This document shows, piece after piece, positions 32,598-38,557 of a stretch of DNA of 38,557 nucleotides. The stretch lies in the IMG/VR virus record IMGVR_UViG_3300045285_000068, positions 1 to 38,557 of that record, one strand, 5' to 3'. The notes under the pieces were generated by a model. That model did no database searches, was not told where the DNA came from, and saw nothing but the letters and a program-made list of their open reading frames with translations. The stretch's first letter is position 1. Every line of letters starts with the position of its first letter. The stretch comes from a virus. Lineage: Duplodnaviria > Caudoviricetes. A program made the position numbers and the translations under genes.

Positions 32598-32900
32598 ATG
32601 CCCGACTGGCCGAAATACGTCTCCCACAAGGTCGTGCAAGTCGCGCCGATCTGTCACGTTCGAACAAGGCTACACCCGGCAGCGCTGATGTTCTCCGTCT
32701 CCGAGACCGACGCCGCATCCATCCGCGCCGCGTGGGAACGTGGCGAGCTCGCCGGCGGCGTCGAGGTGCGGCGGCTGTTCCCCGGCATCACGGACCACGA
32801 CCAGGCGCGCGAGTGCGCCCGGACGATCGCGGGGTGGATGCCGCTGCCCAAGCCGGCGACGGTGCACAGGCTCCGGCCGAGAAGGCGGGTCACCGGATAA
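32598..32900 (+). CDS. Hypothetical protein (alternative start 32688)
   Basis: GGAGGAG SD at 32598; C-terminal IRAAW..GE....E.RR.FPGI.D...ARECAR.IAGW block. Confidence 0.6.
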   Translation: MPDWPKYVSHKVVQVAPICHVRTRLHPAALMFSVSETDAASIRAAWERGELAGGVEVRRLFPGITDHDQARECARTIAGWMPLPKPATVHRLRPRRRVTG

Positions 32901-33717
32901 CGCGGAGAACTGCATCAGCCGTGCGATAGGACCCGAGGCGCATAAGCTGCTCCAACGGGGCGCCTATATCGTATTCGTCCAGGATGCGGCCGTTGCGTAG
33001 GCTGCCAGCGCTCACGGAATGATCGGTTACGCCAATCTTTGCTGCAAGTTCTGCCACCTTCCTGCTGATATAACCGCTCGAAAGCGGTCCACCTGTCGCT
33101 TTGCCGCCCTTTGGCGTGCGTCTGAAGACAATCCCTCCGACGCCTATTCCTGCGACCCTCAAATATTCGATGAACGACCTGCTAAGCACATCGATATACG
33201 AGTCTTCGATCCGTTTCCATTCTCCGCGCAGCCTAACCGCGACAAGGCGGCCCTCCGACCACAGCAGTTCATTCGATCGCAAGAGATGCGCGCTGCCCCG
33301 CCCCTCCGGGACGCCCCACAAGTAGGCGATCAACGCACGGTCGCGCTTCCCTATCAGGCCGTCACCGCAGGCATCCATCATCTCCAGCCATTGTTCGCGT
33401 GACAGTGCGAACGTCCGAACCTGGGGAGCGGCCCGCTCGCGTGCCAGCTTTATCTGGACCTCGACCATGCGGCTATAGGTCGGCGGTTCATTGATGCCTC
33501 TATGAAGCATCATTGCCTCAATCGCCGCGATGTACTGCCCAATGGTCGGTGGCAACCGGCCGCGTTCGACCAGGACGCGGATGAATGCGCAGAGTTCGGT
33601 GTCAGATGCACCGACTGGGTTCACGCCCTCATCGGCACACCATACGCAATAATGCTTCCAGCACTTCTCGTACGCCTTACGCGCTGAGACTGTCAGCTCG
33701 TTCCACGATTTCCGCAT
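32890..33717 (-). CDS. Cre-like tyrosine recombinase homologue lacking catalytic residues
   Basis: AY...W..Y..WC, TI.QY.AAI and RDRALI motifs; GSLRNG in place of HSLR; LRVIR in place of RYIR; GGGAGG SD. Confidence 0.8.
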   Translation of the reverse strand: MRKSWNELTVSARKAYEKCWKHYCVWCADEGVNPVGASDTELCAFIRVLVERGRLPPTIGQYIAAIEAMMLHRGINEPPTYSRMVEVQIKLARERAAPQVRTFALSREQWLEMMDACGDGLIGKRDRALIAYLWGVPEGRGSAHLLRSNELLWSEGRLVAVRLRGEWKRIEDSYIDVLSRSFIEYLRVAGIGVGGIVFRRTPKGGKATGGPLSSGYISRKVAELAAKIGVTDHSVSAGSLRNGRILDEYDIGAPLEQLMRLGSYRTADAVLRVIR

Positions 33718-33795
33718 CGCCCCCTCCCTTGCCCACATCGCGCGCCCGGCGCATGGTGTGCGTCCCTAGAATGCGTTTCTACCCACAACCTTCAG

Positions 33796-33829
33796 CCCGC
33801 CACCTTCTGCCCAGGGGGTGGCGGGTTTT
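33796..33829 (+). terminator. Intrinsic terminator
   Basis: CCCGCCACC/GGTGGCGGG stem, extendable with G-U pairs, followed by TTTT. Confidence 0.75.
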
Positions 33830-33895
33830 CTGTGTCTGGGGTTCCGCAGCGGGCCGCGCGAGGCTGATCTTGTATTCTCGACCCACAGACATGCT

Positions 33896-33928
33896 GGCCC
33901 TCACATAATCTGTTGCTACGTGAAGGCC
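33896..33928. other. Candidate attP core
   Basis: Imperfect inverted repeat GGCC-C-TCACATAA / CTACGTGA-A-GGCC with a 7-bp spacer TCTGTTG, just downstream of int. Confidence 0.4.
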
Positions 33929-33969
33929 GCCGCCTCTCCCAAATCAGCCGACCCTTGCAGCCGTTTGTA

Positions 33970-35037
33970 TTACAAGCCGCCACGCTTCCTCCTCGCATCG
34001 TCCAGCTTGACGATCGCCGACGTTGCGGCCCGCTCCTGGTCCACCGACGCGGTGTAAAGCTGGAGCATCGCCAGCGACTTGTGCCCGGTGATCGCCGCGA
34101 TCTCGTGCAGCGTGCATCCGGCTTGCGCCAGATTGGCCGCTGCCAGCTTCCGCAGCCCGTGGATGTTCCGGTGCGGCGGGAAGCCCTCGACCTGCGCCAG
34201 CGCCTCCCCAATCTGCTTCGACAGGTTGCTGTCATGCCACGGCCGGCCGAACTTGTTGGTCAGGATCAGGGTCGACGTCGCCGAGCGTCGCCATTCGTCC
34301 AGTTCGGCGCGTAGCTCGGCCGGCGCCGCGATCACCATGGCAACGTGCGTCTTCTCCTGCACCAGCCTGATCTTGCTGCCATCGTACGCGGACCAGGGCA
34401 TCCGGATCAGATCGCCGCGCCGCTGTCCGGTGTAGAGCGCGAGCACGACCGGACGCCGCAGATGCTCCGGCAAAGTGCGCAGCGCCAGTTCCGCATCGGC
34501 CGGCGACCAGGCGGGAAGATGCCCCTTGAAGACGCCCCGCTGTAGCCGCGCGGTCGGCGGGAAATCGATCCACTCGCGGTCAACCGCCCAACCGAACAGC
34601 GCCGATGCCACGCGCGCGAAGCCGATCGCAGCGCCGTCGCCTTTGGCCGTGCGGAGTGCGTCGCGCAGCAGCAGCAAATCGAGGCGCTTGATCTGCTGCA
34701 CCGGAACAGAGGACATCGACATCAGGTGGCGCGCGTACGTGGTGTATTGCGCCTTCGTGCGCGGCGCGAGCCGATCCCATTCGGGCGAGCGTTCCCACGC
34801 GCGGATCAGATCTTCGACGGTATCGCCGGGCGTCGGCTCCGGCTTTGGCTCATACGGCGGATAGTGCTTTGTTTGAAGCGTGCCGTCTTTCAGCCGATAC
34901 CGAACGACGCGACCGGCCTTTTTCGAGGATTTTCCGAACACCTGCCGCACTCGCTTTTCTGGGGTCCGCCAACAGTTTGCCGCCGCCCATCGTGGCATCA
35001 AGCGCGCCACGATCCCAGCGCGGGGTGCGCTCGCCAA
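33970..35037 (-). CDS. int: Phage integrase (tyrosine recombinase); true start uncertain, probably downstream of 35037
   Basis: TGQRRGD (R), QEKT (K), HGLRK, TGHKS and LYT (Y). Confidence 0.95.
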   Translation of the reverse strand: MASAPRAGIVARLMPRWAAANCWRTPEKRVRQVFGKSSKKAGRVVRYRLKDGTLQTKHYPPYEPKPEPTPGDTVEDLIRAWERSPEWDRLAPRTKAQYTTYARHLMSMSSVPVQQIKRLDLLLLRDALRTAKGDGAAIGFARVASALFGWAVDREWIDFPPTARLQRGVFKGHLPAWSPADAELALRTLPEHLRRPVVLALYTGQRRGDLIRMPWSAYDGSKIRLVQEKTHVAMVIAAPAELRAELDEWRRSATSTLILTNKFGRPWHDSNLSKQIGEALAQVEGFPPHRNIHGLRKLAAANLAQAGCTLHEIAAITGHKSLAMLQLYTASVDQERAATSAIVKLDDARRKRGGL

Positions 35038-35152
35038 GGTGGACGGACGGCTCGGGGATGATGCCCGCCTTCACCTTGCGCGCGAAGATGTCCGGCCGCA
35101 GGGATAGGTACGCGGCGGCGGCGGTTAGATCGAGCCAGCGCGCGTCAGTCAC
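34850..35152 (-). CDS. xis: Excisionase/AlpA-like winged-helix protein
   Basis: LDL..AAAYL.L....F...V..G.IP.P...RWDR..LD; upstream of and overlapping int. Confidence 0.8.
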   Translation of the reverse strand: MTDARWLDLTAAAAYLSLRPDIFARKVKAGIIPEPSVHLGERTPRWDRGALDATMGGGKLLADPRKASAAGVRKILEKGRSRRSVSAERRHASNKALSAV

Positions 35153-35346
35153 GACCCCACCACCCGGTTGCCCTCCCGCGCCAGATCCGCCGCGAGGAAA
35201 TGGCACCGCTCGATGTCCTCGTACGCCTCCAGCAGCGCGTAGCTTGCAGGCACCCTCAGGTCGCCAGGCGGGATTGAGCTATGCAGCGCACGCGCCACGT
35301 CCAGCCGCGCCACGGCAACGGCGAGGATGTCCAGCGGCGGAGTCAT
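35149..35346 (-). CDS. Hypothetical protein
   Basis: Coupled ORF in the early-left operon. Confidence 0.6.
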   Translation of the reverse strand: MTPPLDILAVAVARLDVARALHSSIPPGDLRVPASYALLEAYEDIERCHFLAADLAREGNRVVGS

Positions 35347-35648
35347 CGCGCGTCCATCTCTAATCTTGCGATCTCCGTCGCCTCGACCAACTCGCGCTGT
35401 TTGTCGGCGATGTGCGCTTTGATCACAGACACGGCCAGGGCGTTGCTCACGTTAAACATCCGCTCGCCGCTATCGCCCATCGGCACACCGAAACTGAACT
35501 GCCTGCGGCGACCGAACGGGTCGAGCGGCGTCGGGTCGCCGCCCTTATCTTTGGCATCGGCGATGTCCGACAGTAGCTTGCGCCCAACCTCGATCTCGCG
35601 ATGCGCGGACCAAATACGGTACGCCGCTTCCATCGATATGGTTGCCAT
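35343..35648 (-). CDS. Hypothetical protein (101 aa)
   Basis: AAGGAG SD before ATG 35648. Confidence 0.7.
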   Translation of the reverse strand: MATISMEAAYRIWSAHREIEVGRKLLSDIADAKDKGGDPTPLDPFGRRRQFSFGVPMGDSGERMFNVSNALAVSVIKAHIADKQRELVEATEIARLEMDAR

Positions 35649-35649
35649 C

Positions 35650-35868
35650 TTAGTGCTCCTTCGCCTGCCTGTGTCGCCCCAGCGCGAATTCGCTGGCGAA
35701 GCGACGCGCGCAGACCGGGCACACGTATGGCTTGGAGATGCCGGCGCTGTCGCCGCGCGGCTCGCATCCGGCGCAGTAGCGCGGGATGCCGATGCCGGCG
35801 TTGCGGAACGGCACACCGCAGCCGGCGCAGTCGTCGCCGTTAAGTAGAAAATCCGCCTGTTCACCCAT
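35650..35868 (-). CDS. Double zinc-finger protein (C4 plus C2H2), 72 aa
   Basis: CAGC...CAGC, then KPYVCPVC..RF.....L..H.....H. Confidence 0.75.
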   Translation of the reverse strand: MGEQADFLLNGDDCAGCGVPFRNAGIGIPRYCAGCEPRGDSAGISKPYVCPVCARRFASEFALGRHRQAKEH

Positions 35869-36137
35869 CACCCCGCCTCCCCGGTTGCCTTGGCGATGGC
35901 GGCACGGGCTGCTTTGAGCAGCGGTGCGTCGTGCCACTGGATAGTGTCGTCCTCGGCCGCGGCCTTTAAGACGGCCAGCAGATCGGGCGCGGCGGCGATC
36001 AGGCGGGCGTTGGCCATCATCTCCTCTATTGGCCCGGCCATGACGATCGGCCCATACGCGGGGCCATGCTCGCCGCAGTTAACGTACGGTATGCCGCCCG
36101 GGTGGAGCGTCCACGGTCCCGGTGTGTGCGTTGCCAT
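35868..36137 (-). CDS. Conserved phage hypothetical protein
   Basis: HTPGPW...ANARLIAAAPDLL signature. Confidence 0.85.
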   Translation of the reverse strand: MATHTPGPWTLHPGGIPYVNCGEHGPAYGPIVMAGPIEEMMANARLIAAAPDLLAVLKAAAEDDTIQWHDAPLLKAARAAIAKATGEAG

Positions 36138-36413
36138 CTACGCCGCCTCCTCAACCGCCTCCGCCACGACCGGGGCGAAGATAGACGGCGCCGGCGGCTC
36201 CATCGCCACCACGTTCGCTGCCGGCTCGGCTGCACGGGCCTTCCGCGCGCGCGGCTTGCGGGACAGCGTGGCGATCAGGTCGGCCAGCTCGCTGCGGCTG
36301 GCGGTGGCGACGTCGATCGCCGCCTTGTGGCGCGCGATGTCGGCGTCGAGCTTGTGCACGCGTTCGGTGATGATCTCGATCGCGGCGTCGTTCGTGGTGA
36401 TGGTGTCGGACAT
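36138..36413 (-). CDS. Coiled-coil protein with a basic patch (91 aa)
   Basis: AGGAG SD; RKPRARKAR. Confidence 0.7.
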   Translation of the reverse strand: MSDTITTNDAAIEIITERVHKLDADIARHKAAIDVATASRSELADLIATLSRKPRARKARAAEPAANVVAMEPPAPSIFAPVVAEAVEEAA

Positions 36414-36423
36414 GGGTGCTCTC

Positions 36424-37080
36424 CTATGCGGCCACTGGCCACGTTGCGGCGACGGGCGCGGCAACCGGCGCGGCCTGCCATTGCGCGGGCTGCGGCGTGA
36501 CCAGCACCGGCGCGGTGACAATCGGCGCGGCGCCGGGTGCGGCCACGGTGCGCGGGCCGAAGATCGCCACGTCGCGGTCGATCCACTGAAGCAGCGTGAA
36601 CACTGGCGCGTAATTCGTGCTCTGCCCGCTGCGCACCGGCTCGACGTTGACAAGCTGGATCACCGGCACCTTGCCGGCGGCGGCCTCGGGTGTCGCGACC
36701 AGCTTATCCCACAATGCTTCGATCGCGTTGACCGTCGCGCCGGCGGTGGACGTGAACTCGTACGGGTGCGGCGCCCGGCCATCCCATACCTTCGACCGGA
36801 AGCCGGCCTTGAACTTTCCCTCGGGCCGTGCCGGCATCGGCTGGCCGAACGGGACCATGACAAAGCTCGGCGCGACGCCGGCCGGGAAACATGCCCAGCC
36901 GATCTCGACGGAGCCGATGTCGAGACACAGCACGGGCTGGCTCATAGTCACGTCGACCTTGATGATGCCGGAGCCGTCCGCCGTGCGGTCAACCTTCGAT
37001 ATACGCCCTGACTTTGCATCGTACTGAAACCGGGGCGAGAACTCGCCTGTGGTGTGGTATGCGCTCAATCCTAACGACAT
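36424..37080 (-). CDS. Putative ssDNA-binding/recombination protein
   Basis: Follows the exonuclease; Y.AK.G, IGW and P.F....WIDR motifs. Confidence 0.6.
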   Translation of the reverse strand: MSLGLSAYHTTGEFSPRFQYDAKSGRISKVDRTADGSGIIKVDVTMSQPVLCLDIGSVEIGWACFPAGVAPSFVMVPFGQPMPARPEGKFKAGFRSKVWDGRAPHPYEFTSTAGATVNAIEALWDKLVATPEAAAGKVPVIQLVNVEPVRSGQSTNYAPVFTLLQWIDRDVAIFGPRTVAAPGAAPIVTAPVLVTPQPAQWQAAPVAAPVAATWPVAA

Positions 37081-37097
37081 ATTCCTGATCCCTCTGA

Positions 37098-37775
37098 TTA
37101 CGCCGCCAGCCCTTTGGCCGCGGCCCATGTTGCCGGCATATTCGGCTTGGACATGATCCAACCGGACGCCAGCGCCCGTTCGAGCATCGCATCACGCATG
37201 CCCAGGAACTCGCGCAGCGCGGCCGACATTTTCGCGATGTACGGTTCGTCGCGTTCGATCGTTAGAGTCATGGGGGGCAACTCAGGGTGCCACGCATACA
37301 GATCGAGGCTGGCGAGTTCGGCGACGGCCAGAATGCCTTGTGCCTGCGGCTTGTGTTTATCGCCCGGCCCGTCGATCCACATTCCCATATGCGCAGAGTC
37401 GAGTTTACATTTGATCTCGATCCCGCGCCGCGTTCCGATGATCAGCCGATCCGGTGAGCAACCGATCCGCCCGTCGTTCGTGGTGATGAAGCCCACGGCC
37501 AGCGTCTCGACACTGTGCGTCAGTTCATACTGAGCGGCAGCGTGCGGCTCCAATGCGCGCCCGCGCTCCATTGCGAACGTGTTGGCGCCGGTATCCAGCA
37601 GCGGGCGGCCGAGCAGCGTTTCGGCGACCAGCTCGTGTGCGTACTCGCGCGCCGACTTGGACAGATCGCCGCGCGCTGGTGTTATGATTCGGCTGAACTC
37701 GCTCGCGGTCGGTATCCCGAGCCGCGCGGTCAGCCAAGCGTCGCTGCCCTGTATGCAATCTACGATCTTGGACAT
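37098..37775 (-). CDS. YqaJ/lambda-exonuclease-family nuclease
   Basis: QGS..WL.AR.G..TAS, RG..LE, GCSPD and EIKC motifs. Confidence 0.93.
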   Translation of the reverse strand: MSKIVDCIQGSDAWLTARLGIPTASEFSRIITPARGDLSKSAREYAHELVAETLLGRPLLDTGANTFAMERGRALEPHAAAQYELTHSVETLAVGFITTNDGRIGCSPDRLIIGTRRGIEIKCKLDSAHMGMWIDGPGDKHKPQAQGILAVAELASLDLYAWHPELPPMTLTIERDEPYIAKMSAALREFLGMRDAMLERALASGWIMSKPNMPATWAAAKGLAA

Positions 37776-37960
37776 CACACAGCCTCCGGTGTCAGCAGCC
37801 CGTCGATCAGCCCGAGCCGGCGCGCGAGATCGTCGAGCTCGGCGTCGCTGTCGGCGTCGATCGCCTGCTGCACGAGGCTGGCGGTCTGTGCGGCGATGAT
37901 CTGGCCCATGGCGCGGCGGCGGCCGAACGTGGTGGCGAGATGCACGGTTCCGTCCATCAC
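37775..37960 (-). CDS. Hypothetical protein
   Basis: Coupled ORF. Confidence 0.6.
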   Translation of the reverse strand: MMDGTVHLATTFGRRRAMGQIIAAQTASLVQQAIDADSDAELDDLARRLGLIDGLLTPEAV

Positions 37961-38241
37961 ACCGCGCTCCGGTAGCGGTCGTACGCGACCGGCTCGCCGT
38001 CCGGATCCAGGTCACCGCTGGCGATGCCATCGGCGAGCGCATCGGCCGCGTCCTGCTCCGACACGTCCGGGTCGTTGCCCTGCGGCCGGCGCCAGGCGTT
38101 GCGTGCGCGGCGTTCGTCGATTGCCTCGCGGCGCTCGTCTTCGTCTATCTCGCGGGCGAACGGGTTGAGGTAGACGGCATCCGGGCCGTCGTCGCGTGAC
38201 TGGCTGGCCGGAATGGCGGGGATCAGTCGGTGGGCAAACAT
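37957..38241 (-). CDS. Acidic hypothetical protein, first gene of the early-left operon (94 aa)
   Basis: AGGGAG SD before ATG 38241, downstream of the PL-like promoter. Confidence 0.7.
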   Translation of the reverse strand: MFAHRLIPAIPASQSRDDGPDAVYLNPFAREIDEDERREAIDERRARNAWRRPQGNDPDVSEQDAADALADGIASGDLDPDGEPVAYDRYRSAV

Positions 38242-38286
38242 CGGTGGGCACTCCCTTGGTCGAAGCCGGGGTGGCTCGATGAATGC

Positions 38287-38315
38287 AAAGTAACCATATT
38301 GGGGACCTATGTCAA
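38287..38315 (-). promoter_or_regulatory. PL-like sigma70 promoter
   Basis: TTGACA (38315-38310), 17-bp spacer, TACTTT (38292-38287). Confidence 0.88.
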
Positions 38316-38339
38316 CAGCTAAGTCACCTAATTGGTGAC
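38290..38339. promoter_or_regulatory. Two 17-bp repressor operators
   Basis: GTAACC-ATATT-GGGGAC (38290-38306) and GTCACC-TAATT-GGTGAC (38323-38339, perfect arms) flank the -35. Confidence 0.82.
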
Positions 38340-38393
38340 CGTATTTTGCCAACGTTTCTGCTACGATATCGGGATGAAACTGGAGGCCATATT

Positions 38394-38557
38394 ATGATCA
38401 AGGTAATTCTCGCGCTGGCGGCGATGGCCGTCGCGATTCCCGCCATGGCGCAGGGCGTTTACCATCCGGGCTACGTCACGCAGCGTGGAACCTATGTGGC
38501 GCCGCACTACCAGAGCCCGCCGAACGGCACGACGATGGACAACTATGGCACTCAGGG
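38394..38557 (+). CDS. Secreted small protein, truncated by the window end
   Basis: GGAGG SD; signal peptide ending AMA-Q; GY....GTYV.PHY...PNG...DNY.T.G motif; TG-c-TACGAT extended -10 upstream. Confidence 0.75.
   Translation, partial: MIKVILALAAMAVAIPAMAQGVYHPGYVTQRGTYVAPHYQSPPNGTTMDNYGTQ

Larger units (their letters stand above)
1..38557. mobile_element. Temperate P22-like phage or prophage genome segment (partial)
   Basis: Gene order terS-terL-portal-scaffold-capsid-adaptor-gp10 hub-ejection proteins-lysis-int/xis-early-left operon. No tape measure or tail tube/sheath gene. No host housekeeping genes seen. Confidence 0.96.

Noticed and set aside
34915-34935. Programmed xis-int frameshift at GAAAAAG
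   Set aside because: The heptamer is phased in the int frame, so a -1 slip would leave int rather than enter it.
1-38557. CRISPR array, tRNA/rRNA genes, reverse transcriptase/DGR, IS elements
   Set aside because: I found no repeat-spacer array, cloverleaf, RT (YxDD) motif, TR/VR pair or transposase by eye.

Overview
The whole window is most of a temperate, P22-like (podovirus-type) phage genome of high GC, probably from an alphaproteobacterial host (host is inference only). On the + strand: small ORFs, a NusG/RfaH-type antiterminator, a XerD-like tyrosine recombinase, a ParB-MTase, terS/terL, portal, a signal-peptide GH54 arabinofuranosidase-like gene, scaffold, N4-gp56-type major capsid, adaptor, SGNH tailspike and tail genes, P22 gp10-like hub, an AspH-like oxygenase plus cupin, three ejection proteins, and a lysis region that contains a Tad2-like and an Acb2-like nucleotide sponge. 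On the - strand: a catalytically dead Cre-like recombinase, a candidate attP, int/xis and an early-left operon (SSB-like, YqaJ exonuclease) driven by a TTGACA-17-TACTTT promoter with two 17-bp operators. Repressor and replication genes fall outside the window. Best leads: (1) a four-copy covarying RNA hairpin/pseudoknot motif in the scaffold and capsid leaders; (2) a Tad2 + Acb2 + unknown ORF anti-defence cassette inside the lysis module; (3) an intact but catalytically dead Cre-like protein beside attP, in a genome with three tyrosine recombinase genes; (4) a GH54-like enzyme with both catalytic acids retained; (5) ATC and CTG starts and an in-frame amber codon. All family calls come from motif recognition by eye; no searches were run.
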